A stretch of DNA of 27,372 bases from Pseudomonadota bacterium. Its GTDB lineage: Bacteria > Pseudomonadota > Alphaproteobacteria > Rhizobiales > Rhizobiaceae. The stretch lies in the NCBI GenBank assembly GCA_039189355.1, contig JBCCYR010000001.1:1-27372 (forward strand), read 5' to 3'. A program made the translations under genes and the position numbers. Positions 19,136-27,372 of this stretch are shown here, one piece after another. A model generated the notes under the pieces. It worked only from the letters and a program-made list of their open reading frames with translations, did no database searches and was not told where the DNA came from. Positions within the stretch are counted from its first letter, which is position 1, and the number at the start of each line of letters is the position of its first letter.

Positions 19136-22100
19136 CCGAATCCCCCTCTTCACCAAACGACCATTCGCGTGTACGCGCAAGGTGATCGTAATCGCCGCTT
19201 ATGTCACCATCGCGGAAGGGAGCCCGTCTCGACACATAGCCGGTATCTTCATTCTGATACTGCGCGATCAGTGCTTCCAGATTTGCCTGAGTCTGGCTTA
19301 TGATATCGGGAATTGGATTCTTATTGTCCGAAATACTCTGCAAGCCGAACTTCTTGCCCTGTATGAGGCGAATGAATGCAATTTCAGCCAATTCAGCCTT
19401 CCCAACATCCATGAAGCCGCCTGCTTCAGCGATGGCGCCTTCAAGTGCCATCTGGGGTGACAGAGACCTTGCCTGCTTCAAAGACGGGGAACTCCCGGTC
19501 TTGTAGTCCAGAACTGAAATCCTGCCGTCTTCCAGCAGGTCAATCCGGTCTGCGCGGGCATGAAGCAGAAACCCGCCGTTCGAGAGCAGCAATTTGCCGT
19601 CAAGCTCTTTCAGGGTCTTGCTGGCCGGAGTTTCAGTAAAATACTGCTCTTCCCATTCCACAAACTGCTTTGCAATTTCCGCAAAACGGTATTGCCACAC
19701 CATCGCAATATCGCTGGCAAGCTTTTCATCGGAAATTTTTTGAACGGCTATTTCCCCGAGCTTGGTAAAACGGTCTTTCAGCTCCATCTTCATGTTGTCG
19801 GGCGAGACATATTCCTCGAAGATTGAATGGTACAATGTACCAAGAAGCAGATGATCCGGTTCCCGTTCCAGGGGTTGCAACGGGCGCAATCCCAGTATCC
19901 GTTTTGCGTACAATGCATACGGATCGCGTATCCATGTTTCGATATCAGTCACTGGAAGGCTCTTCGGGCGCACTGCAACAGGCGGTTTCGGATTTGGTCT
20001 CGATTGCCGTCCTGTCTTTTGATCCTCTTCATCCAGTCGGGATGCATAAAGGAGATATTGGGTGCCGCGATCACGGATCTTTTTGGTTTGCTCATGGCCG
20101 AGAAGCGCAAACATCCGCTGGAGCCACCTCGAAGCAATCGTTGGCGCCTTATCCACGCGGCTTGCACGGGAGAGAAAAACTTCGCTTGTGCCCATGATCT
20201 GTTGGAAATCATGGGCAGCCAGACCGATCCGGCGTTCAGGAGAAGCCATCCCGAGCTGCTGCCGCATGGTACGATTGAGGAAAGCATCATTCCGGGTGGC
20301 CAGAGGCCAGGTTCCTTCGTTGAGGCCAGCCATGATTATCCGGTCATGGCTCAGCAGGCGAATTTCTAGCGGGCCATAAATATGCAGTCTTGGATGCGTT
20401 GCCTGATTTTGGCGGACAGTTACCGGTGCAACAAGCGCTTCAAACACGGATGGAAAATCATGCGGCAAGACTTCGAAATTGGCCGCATCACCACCGAGTA
20501 TTTCTTCGAACAGGTCCTGTAACTCTTTCGTGCCAGACGAGTTTGCGATTGATGAATCACCATGCTCGTTGATTGTGGTCTCCGTCAGAACATCCAGGAG
20601 TTTCAGGATGTAGGTAGCCAGTTTCTGCACGCCTTTGGCATCGGATAACGCTGCCAGCGGTGTGAGGATGGTATGCAGTGTTTGTGCGTAATCCAGTATC
20701 TGCTGCCAGTTCCGGTGCTGCTCACCCTCTTGCTCTTTCAGTCTTCCCTGTCTTGACAACTGTGCGTGCCGGTCTTCCACAAACTCCCGCAAATGCCCGC
20801 ACGCAGGTGTTCCTACAGAGCCTCTTAAAGCAAGCATTTCGACAAGTTCTGCATTTTTTCTGGCCTGCTGCACAGATGTTCCCGCCAACAGGAACGGTGA
20901 CTTGAGTAGACTTGCAAGTTCCGCCTTGCTGTTCACGTCAAAACAGAACCTGATAAGCATTCTGACAAACATGCCAACCGGAGAACTGAGCAACGGGGAG
21001 CCAGCTGTATCATCCACATCGATGTCAAAGCGTTTCAGTTCTACCTTGACCCTTCGCGCCAGATTCCTGTCAGGCGTCACAAGGGCCGCAGTCTTACCGG
21101 AGTCTTCAAGGGTTTCACGAAGGGCAATTGCAATTGCGATGGCTTCCTGCCGTTCGTTTGCTGCTTCGACGAGCGAAACACCCTTGAATGCTTGTTCCAG
21201 TTTACCTGAGTCAATTCCAGAAAAACCGTCTTTCCAGGAGGCGGAAAATACAGGCAATGCAAGAGCCGTTGAAACAGTCCGGCTACGGACTTCCGGCGTA
21301 GTGGAATGTCCTGACAATTCGATGACTGAATCACGGTCAACACCGATAGTCTCCAGAAGCTTTGCAATACCGAATTGCGGATGGGTCTCGAGCGTTTCCC
21401 GGGATTTTGCCGGGTCCATTGAAAGCGTACGCCACTCAACATCCGGCATGTCGGTGTCCAAGCCGGGCAAGACAACCGCACCGTTCCCAAGGCCGGAAAC
21501 AACCTGCAAAAATCGTTGGGTTGAAGGAACAGAACCGGTAGACCCCGCAACAATCACTGGTCCGGAAGCCCCACGCGTGCGGTAGAACCCGATCCTGCGC
21601 TCGATTTGTCTGCGGGCTTTTTCAGCAGGGTCGATCAGGCCTTGTTCTTCGAGCACCTGAGGCCAGGTCTCCATGATTATCTTCAGAAAAGTACTAGTAA
21701 TACTCCACCACTGGGCATGCTCTTCAGGAATGATATTCTGGATGGCATTCCAGTTGATCTCTTCTTGAGTGATCTGATCAAGAAGACGGCACAAATCATC
21801 CGCAAGCCGCACGGCATCAGCCTGGGACGAGGGAATGAAAATGTCTTCATCCCCATACAAGCGTTTGCTTTCAAGTGAGAGTGAATCTACCCAGTGCCGA
21901 ATCAAATTTGCCAGCTCAAGTTTGCGTTCAAGTGTTCCAACAGCCTTTGGCAAGTAATCCAGGTCTTCAGCTTCCGGCAAAAGGCCGAAACTGTCATCTT
22001 CCGTGTCGCCAAGTGTTTTTATTCTGGGAAGCAATTGTGCCTTTGCATTGCTTGCCTCAAGAAAGGCAACGCTGAGTGCCCGGGCAGTTCTCCGGTTGGG

Positions 22101-22298
22101 AACAAATATTGTTGCCTGCAAGAGAAGTAACGGGTTTTGAGCCGGTACAAATTCCGGAACAATCCTGCCATTCATCAAGCTTTCAACAAGGACATGGAGA
22201 AAGTTGCACCTTGACGGTATTGAGAAAACGTTCGATGCGAAGGGTCTGTCAGACGAATTTGATGCCGTTGTAGATTCTGGGGACGTGCTTATTTCCAA
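19128..22298 (-). CDS. addB: Double-strand break repair protein AddB
   Basis: VFSIP...FL, VPNRRTAR, VVLPGLD, LVTPDRNLARRV, GLNEGTWP, IETWIRDPYALYA, nuclease ARADRID...LDYKTG, YDHLARTREW. TTG start. Confidence 0.95.
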   Translation of the reverse strand: MEISTSPESTTASNSSDRPFASNVFSIPSRCNFLHVLVESLMNGRIVPEFVPAQNPLLLLQATIFVPNRRTARALSVAFLEASNAKAQLLPRIKTLGDTEDDSFGLLPEAEDLDYLPKAVGTLERKLELANLIRHWVDSLSLESKRLYGDEDIFIPSSQADAVRLADDLCRLLDQITQEEINWNAIQNIIPEEHAQWWSITSTFLKIIMETWPQVLEEQGLIDPAEKARRQIERRIGFYRTRGASGPVIVAGSTGSVPSTQRFLQVVSGLGNGAVVLPGLDTDMPDVEWRTLSMDPAKSRETLETHPQFGIAKLLETIGVDRDSVIELSGHSTTPEVRSRTVSTALALPVFSASWKDGFSGIDSGKLEQAFKGVSLVEAANERQEAIAIAIALRETLEDSGKTAALVTPDRNLARRVKVELKRFDIDVDDTAGSPLLSSPVGMFVRMLIRFCFDVNSKAELASLLKSPFLLAGTSVQQARKNAELVEMLALRGSVGTPACGHLREFVEDRHAQLSRQGRLKEQEGEQHRNWQQILDYAQTLHTILTPLAALSDAKGVQKLATYILKLLDVLTETTINEHGDSSIANSSGTKELQDLFEEILGGDAANFEVLPHDFPSVFEALVAPVTVRQNQATHPRLHIYGPLEIRLLSHDRIIMAGLNEGTWPLATRNDAFLNRTMRQQLGMASPERRIGLAAHDFQQIMGTSEVFLSRASRVDKAPTIASRWLQRMFALLGHEQTKKIRDRGTQYLLYASRLDEEDQKTGRQSRPNPKPPVAVRPKSLPVTDIETWIRDPYALYAKRILGLRPLQPLEREPDHLLLGTLYHSIFEEYVSPDNMKMELKDRFTKLGEIAVQKISDEKLASDIAMVWQYRFAEIAKQFVEWEEQYFTETPASKTLKELDGKLLLSNGGFLLHARADRIDLLEDGRISVLDYKTGSSPSLKQARSLSPQMALEGAIAEAGGFMDVGKAELAEIAFIRLIQGKKFGLQSISDNKNPIPDIISQTQANLEALIAQYQNEDTGYVSRRAPFRDGDISGDYDHLARTREWSFGEEGDSDE

Positions 22299-22337
22299 AG
22301 CTCCTTTGGAAGCGCCCTTTACCCTGCATCATTATCG

Positions 22338-23096
22338 TCAGGCAGCACTTCTGGCGATTGCTTCTTCCGCTTCGTCTATCGCATCGGGTGTTCCGACATG
22401 CAGCCAAAGCCCTTCAAGGCGTAACCCGAAGAGACGTTCTTTTTCAAGTGCCACATCAAATTGTCTGTTGAGAGATGATGGCCCTGCCAGCGTATCGGAA
22501 AATACCTTGGGGTCCACGATGGCAGCACCTGCATAGGCAAACGGTGCAACCTTCAATTCGATGCGCCGCTCAAGTCTGCCATCAGCATCCATGGTGAAAT
22601 CGCCTTTTGAACCAAACCCGACTGCAGAACACATGCCCGCAAGCAACAGCAGCATGTCCATTTGTTCCGGGTTCCATTGCTCTGCCAACCTGACCAGATT
22701 GGGCTTGAAGCCTTCAATCCAGAACGAGTCTGCATTCAATACATAAAATGGCTCTGACCCGAGCTTGGGCAGTGCGTTGACGATACCACCAGCAGAATCA
22801 AGAAGCCGGTCTGTTTCGTCCGATATCTCAATATCAAGGTCCTTGCGTTTGCTGACTTGATCAACAATCTGGTCAGCATGATGGTGGACGTTGACAACAA
22901 TATTGTTAATGCCCGCGCGTTTAAGCGCATCCAGAGCATGATCCAATAATGCTTTTCCGTGCACCTTGATCAATGGTTTCGGTATTGTGTCGGTGATCGG
23001 CTTCATTCGGGTGCCAAGACCTGCTGCAAGGATCATTGCCTTGCCAGGAATTTTATTCTTGGGAAGTTCGAGCACTTCTCTGCCGTTTGCCATCAT
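22338..23096 (-). CDS. murU: Nucleotidyltransferase, MurNAc-alpha-1-phosphate uridylyltransferase type
   Basis: AMILAAGLGTRMKPIT...PKPLI, VNVHH, LLDSAGGI, WLHVGTP. It is adjacent to an AmgK domain, the conserved context for MurU. Start is 23096 or 23093. Confidence 0.85.
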   Translation of the reverse strand: MMANGREVLELPKNKIPGKAMILAAGLGTRMKPITDTIPKPLIKVHGKALLDHALDALKRAGINNIVVNVHHHADQIVDQVSKRKDLDIEISDETDRLLDSAGGIVNALPKLGSEPFYVLNADSFWIEGFKPNLVRLAEQWNPEQMDMLLLLAGMCSAVGFGSKGDFTMDADGRLERRIELKVAPFAYAGAAIVDPKVFSDTLAGPSSLNRQFDVALEKERLFGLRLEGLWLHVGTPDAIDEAEEAIARSAA

Positions 23097-23129
23097 TCAT
23101 CTCCAGGCCGGGGTCCGCGTTTGTCCGGC

Positions 23130-23146
23130 GTTCTTGATTCGTTATA
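23130..23146 (-). promoter_or_regulatory. Candidate alphaproteobacterial LexA box overlapping a -10-like TATAAC upstream of murU
   Basis: Plus strand GTTC-TTGATTC-GTTA (23130-23144) is 7/8 of GTTC-N7-GTTC. Minus strand TATAAC is at 23146-23141. Confidence 0.3.
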
Positions 23147-23173
23147 TTCGGCTAGCTAGATGCATCATCACTG

Positions 23174-24676
23174 TTACAAATCGATTACAGTTTTAAGCCA
23201 GTTACTATATTCCCCCAAAACCGGGTGTTTTAGTGACCTCTTCAGATAATCCCGCATCCGGGGGATATGCGCCAGATATTGTGGTTTGTCGTCCCGTTCA
23301 TTAAGACGGCAGAATATACCCAGTATTTTGGTCGCGCGTTGTGCTGCCATGATCGCATAAGATTCGTTAAAGCCTTCTGCATCGAACTTCGCGTCATTCT
23401 GTGTTCTGATTGCAATGTATTTTTCGCAAAGGGATGTTTCGAGCATTTCAGATACGTCTATCCGCGCATCCTGTGCAAGTGAAGCAACATCATATGCACA
23501 CGGACCCATGACCGCATCCTGAAAATCGATCACACCTATCCGGCCGGTGCCGGTTTGTTGATCACGCCAAATGATGTTTGGTGAATGAAAATCCCGCAGC
23601 ACAAGTGTTTTCTGCTGGCTATCAAGATACCTGAAGAGTGTTGTCCAAATCTGGAAAAATCCATCTCTTTGTTCGGGCTTCAAAGCCTCTCTGGCGAATG
23701 CCTGTATGTACCACTCCAGCAGCAATTCAACTTCGATCATCAGAGCATCATGATCATATTCCGGGATCGTATATGATATTCCGTCAGGCAAGCTTATCTG
23801 CCTTTCAAAAGCATGTGCGTGCAGGTCAGCTAGAAATTCTGCAGACGCCTGATACCGTTCTTCAATCGGTTGTCTGGCTTCATCAATGATCTTGCCGCTA
23901 CCGAGATTCTCAACAACGAGTATGCCGGCTTCCATATCCATTGCGGGGATGTTCGGGGCAACAAATCCTTTGGAACGCAGAACCTGATCTATTGCTACAA
24001 AAGCCGAAACATTTTCCGCCAGATGAGCAATCTTGCTGTAAGGTTTGCCATCCTTGACAGGTGGCCCGTCTGGTGTTTCAGGCGCATCCATGACCAGCAG
24101 TTCAGGTTTTCCTTCCACAAAGAGTGTTTCATACCGTCTGGAGGACGCGTCACCATCAAGCGGGCTTCTTGCTGCGTTACCGAATCCGGACGAAACCAGA
24201 AGGTCACGAATTTTGATGCTTCGGCCAATTCTGCCCAGCAAATCTGCATTGCCCGACATGCGAAACTTTCTGGCAGTTTCACCGAGTTCAGTGATCTCGA
24301 CATGAACTGCATTCAAAGGCATGGTTTCGAAGGCTTTTTCCGGCCACTCAACAATCGCGCAACCTGTTTCCAACGCCTCATCAAGTCCCAGTTCATCGAG
24401 TTCCTGGGGATCAGAAAGCCGATATAGATCAAAGTGGGCTATTGCCGGTTCAGTCTGATAAACGTTGCAAAGTGTATATGTCGGACTGGCGATTTCCTGT
24501 GTCTTGTCCTGAAGCAAATGCGCTATCAGGCCTCTCGCAAATGCGGATTTTCCTGCCCCCAGTTCTCCCGACAGGGCAATCATGTCTCCCTGCTTCAGAG
24601 TGAGGGAAATGTCAGCGCCCAGTTTCCGGGTTTCAGCTTCGCTGTTTGTCTCATGCACAATTTCGCCCAAAGCCAA
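23174..24676 (-). CDS. tsaE: Bifunctional TsaE (t6A ATPase) - AmgK (anomeric MurNAc/GlcNAc kinase) fusion
   Basis: The first ~140 aa carry GELGAGKS, SPTYTL, HFDLYRL and IVEWPE (TsaE). The C-terminal APH-fold carries GDASSRRY, LRDFHSPN, IDFQDAVMG and YDVASLAQDAR (AmgK). One uninterrupted 500-aa frame; TTG start with GGAG SD. Confidence 0.92.
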   Translation of the reverse strand: MALGEIVHETNSEAETRKLGADISLTLKQGDMIALSGELGAGKSAFARGLIAHLLQDKTQEIASPTYTLCNVYQTEPAIAHFDLYRLSDPQELDELGLDEALETGCAIVEWPEKAFETMPLNAVHVEITELGETARKFRMSGNADLLGRIGRSIKIRDLLVSSGFGNAARSPLDGDASSRRYETLFVEGKPELLVMDAPETPDGPPVKDGKPYSKIAHLAENVSAFVAIDQVLRSKGFVAPNIPAMDMEAGILVVENLGSGKIIDEARQPIEERYQASAEFLADLHAHAFERQISLPDGISYTIPEYDHDALMIEVELLLEWYIQAFAREALKPEQRDGFFQIWTTLFRYLDSQQKTLVLRDFHSPNIIWRDQQTGTGRIGVIDFQDAVMGPCAYDVASLAQDARIDVSEMLETSLCEKYIAIRTQNDAKFDAEGFNESYAIMAAQRATKILGIFCRLNERDDKPQYLAHIPRMRDYLKRSLKHPVLGEYSNWLKTVIDL

Positions 24677-24690
24677 CCCGCTCCATCCGT

Positions 24691-27330
24691 TTAAGCAGCA
24701 TCTGCTATGGAAGTGGTCTTTTCATGCGGCTGCAGTATCATCTCGGGCGGTTCCACCGGAAGCTGACAAAGGATACAGGTGCCCGGTGTCTCGGAACGTT
24801 CGACTTCAACTGTTCCACCGTGCAATTCCACCAGACTGCGGACTATCGAAAGGCCAAGGCCGGTGCCCCGCTTGGTGCCATCGGGAGCGCGTGTTTCAAA
24901 CCGGTCGAAGATTGCCTGCAATTCATTTTCATCTATGCCAGGTCCCTGATCAAAAATCCGGACCTCATGCATATTTTCATTTTGGTTCGCAGTGATGGTT
25001 ATTTCACCACCATCCGGTGAGAAGTTGATTGCGTTGGAAAGCAAGTTCCGGACAACCTGAAGTAGCCGGGTTTCATCGGCAATGACGGTTTCACTGGCCG
25101 GGGAAATGTCTACAGCAGCACGCAAGCCCTTCTGTCTCATGCCGTCGGCAAGTTCTTCAAAGGCACTACGGACAGTTTCATCAAGATTTACCGGCCCGTA
25201 TTCGAGTGTCATGGTACCGGCATCAATAGACGCCAGATCGAGAATGTCATCCACGATAGCCCGCAAAACGACGGCTGATTCATTGATGTGGGAAAGATAC
25301 TCTACCTGCTTTTCGTTGAGCTTCCCGATATCTACATCTGCCAGCATTTCACCAAAGCCCGAGATGTTTGTAAGTGGCGCTCTCAATTCATAAGATACGT
25401 GCTGGATAAACTTGCTTTTGAGCAGATCAGAGGCTTCCAGCGCTTCGGCGCGTTCCTTCAATGCCCGCTCAAAGTTCACATTGGCCGTTACATCCGTCAG
25501 TGTGAGCATGGACTGACCCTCAGGTAACGGCACAACCGAATACTGAATGGAACGCCGGTCATCCAGTTCCATGCGACCTTCAATGTCTTCCCTTACATCA
25601 TCAAAGCCGGTTACCTGTCCCAGGATTTTTTCAAGATCCTCTCCATTGCGGATTGAGGCGGTCCAGGCATCAATCACACTTGTGACGTGCAAGCCTTCTT
25701 GAACATCAATGTCCGCATCACCCCACAATTCCTCCAAAGCCGGATTGAAGAGCTTCAATTGTCCGTTTGAACCAAAAACCGCAACTGCTTCGTTAAGGTG
25801 ATCAAGTGTCTCGCCCTGAATGCGCATAAGAGCGTTGTAGTTGCTTTCAAGGGCAAGACGTTCAGTTACATTTTCAAAAATCCAGGTACTGCCTCCCTGG
25901 CTGCGCGGTGCAGAAACGACCCGGATCGTTTGCCCGTCCAGCAAGTGCCACCATTCTTCAATTGGTTCTATGGCCGTATAGATTTGCAGTTGGCCTTCAC
26001 GCCATTTCCGCCAGTCGGGGTGTTCGGGCAACAGTTTGCCATCACGCATCGCATCAAGAATTTCTGCATTGCTTGGATTTGACGACAAGAATAGCGGATC
26101 AAGATTCCACAGTTGTTGAAAGCCGTTGTTGTGGAAGACCAGTTTTTGGGAACTGTCAAAAATTGCAACCGCCGTTGCAAGCTGATCCAGCATGCGGGAA
26201 TGGCTCTCATTTGTTTCCTTGAGCATTCTGCGAATGTCTTCAACATCACTTTTGTCAATGGCAATTCCGGCACTACCCCTGTCCGAGCCTATATTGAATA
26301 CCTGAAGTTTCTTCCGGTCTCCGGCTACTGTGGCCGGGACCAGTGCCTCGTAGAGTTCGTTCCCTGTCAGGTTTTTCTGGATATCTTCCCTCTGCTCTGC
26401 GTCAAACAGGTCAAGATTGCCTGTCACTGCATCTTTCGGGTTTTCAATTTCCAGGGCTTCCGCATAGGAATGATTAACCCAGACCAGTTTGCCGAACTGG
26501 TCTTTCAGCCAAACAGGCATGGGTAAGCGGGATAGCAGCGATTCCACTTTGGCAAAGCTGCTGTTCAGGCTCTCGTAATGTGCTTCAATTTGAGCCTTTT
26601 CCTCGCGTACGCCTTTCAAGTCCCGGAAGCGGGCAAATGCATAGCTGCCGGAAGTACCGCCCGTGACCTCGATTATGCCGCCGCCTTTCGACTTCAATAC
26701 AGTCTCGAAACCAACTGCATTCAGGCGCAATTCGCGTATATTGTTTTCAAATGATCTGGAAAAATCCGGGTCAAGCCAGCGGCCGAACTGAACAAATTGA
26801 GCCTTATCGTCCGGTGCACCTGTAGAGCCTGGCAAGCTGCCAAGAATAATTGCCTGATCATCACCCCCGTTCCAGACCACAATCCGCTGATCAGCAGTAT
26901 TCACCAGCGCCTCATTCCGGTCATTCGAAGCGCGCAGGTCGGCAAGGGACTGTTTGAGTTTTTGATTGGTGGAAAGGATTTTCGCACGTTCACGAATGAG
27001 CCACGATGCCGACAACAGGGCAAAGCTCATTGCGCCGCCAAATATTGCCAGCATGAGGATGTGATTGGATTCAACTGATTCAGCAAATCTGATCAGAAAT
27101 CCATTGTCCGGGTTTGTTATACCCGTTTCATTGGCTGTGGCCATTGACGTCGCGAACAGAATGCTGCTTGCAAACAGTGCTAACCTACATCTCCAGAAAC
27201 GGACTTTGTATATCTTTCCGCCAACAGAAGTATCTTCCGGCTTGTAGCCGGAGCCTTGAACTGATTTGTGCCCGTTTACGCATGCACCAGATTTGGCACC
27301 TGTATAACTGTCAGGTTGTTCCCCTGGCAT
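24691..27330 (-). CDS. divL: DivL, PAS-containing pseudo-histidine kinase of the CtrA cell-cycle pathway
   Basis: N-terminal hydrophobic segments and several PAS-like repeats. The H-box reads FIQHVSYELRAPLTNISGF, with Tyr (25390-25392) at the phospho-His position. The HATPase is intact (NLLSNAINF, DQGPGI, RGTGLGL). It lies upstream of tsaE-amgK-murU-addBA. Confidence 0.9.
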   Translation of the reverse strand: MPGEQPDSYTGAKSGACVNGHKSVQGSGYKPEDTSVGGKIYKVRFWRCRLALFASSILFATSMATANETGITNPDNGFLIRFAESVESNHILMLAIFGGAMSFALLSASWLIRERAKILSTNQKLKQSLADLRASNDRNEALVNTADQRIVVWNGGDDQAIILGSLPGSTGAPDDKAQFVQFGRWLDPDFSRSFENNIRELRLNAVGFETVLKSKGGGIIEVTGGTSGSYAFARFRDLKGVREEKAQIEAHYESLNSSFAKVESLLSRLPMPVWLKDQFGKLVWVNHSYAEALEIENPKDAVTGNLDLFDAEQREDIQKNLTGNELYEALVPATVAGDRKKLQVFNIGSDRGSAGIAIDKSDVEDIRRMLKETNESHSRMLDQLATAVAIFDSSQKLVFHNNGFQQLWNLDPLFLSSNPSNAEILDAMRDGKLLPEHPDWRKWREGQLQIYTAIEPIEEWWHLLDGQTIRVVSAPRSQGGSTWIFENVTERLALESNYNALMRIQGETLDHLNEAVAVFGSNGQLKLFNPALEELWGDADIDVQEGLHVTSVIDAWTASIRNGEDLEKILGQVTGFDDVREDIEGRMELDDRRSIQYSVVPLPEGQSMLTLTDVTANVNFERALKERAEALEASDLLKSKFIQHVSYELRAPLTNISGFGEMLADVDIGKLNEKQVEYLSHINESAVVLRAIVDDILDLASIDAGTMTLEYGPVNLDETVRSAFEELADGMRQKGLRAAVDISPASETVIADETRLLQVVRNLLSNAINFSPDGGEITITANQNENMHEVRIFDQGPGIDENELQAIFDRFETRAPDGTKRGTGLGLSIVRSLVELHGGTVEVERSETPGTCILCQLPVEPPEMILQPHEKTTSIADAA

Positions 27331-27372
27331 GTCCTTGGTCCTCTCGCCGCATGATTCCCCAGACTGCCCTGC

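Noticed and set aside
19136-19180. ORF-track addA start at 19180
   Set aside because: It lies inside addB. ATG 19135 has a good SD and the usual short overlap.
22249-22332. Frameshifted true N-terminus of AddB
   Set aside because: The main frame already contains the conserved VFSIP...FL start motif, so no frameshift is needed.

Overview
This is a gene-dense, mostly core-genome segment of an alphaproteobacterium. Protein signatures and gene order fit a Hyphomicrobiales/Rhizobiaceae-like organism. From left to right it holds: the 3' end of a GH25 muramidase; an unorthodox hybrid histidine kinase (TM-sensor-HAMP-HisKA-HATPase-pseudoREC-REC-Hpt) followed by a REC-EAL phosphodiesterase response regulator; tRNA-Leu(CAG) on the minus strand; an NDUFA9-like SDR and a TauE/SafE exporter; uppP (minus); and a plus-strand run fzlA-queG-SDR-trpF-trpB-trpA-accD-folC. 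That run converges at a bidirectional terminator with the minus-strand run divL-(tsaE::amgK)-murU-addB-addA-trxA. I found no mobile element, CRISPR array, rRNA or defence island. The best candidate for an uncharacterised system is the kinase/REC-EAL c-di-GMP phosphorelay beside the tRNA 3' end, which has an FNR-type box correctly placed in front of the phosphodiesterase gene. The other findings are cis-regulatory motifs and known but often mis-annotated oddities (Tyr-for-His DivL, TsaE-AmgK fusion). All calls come from reading motifs by eye; no database search was run.
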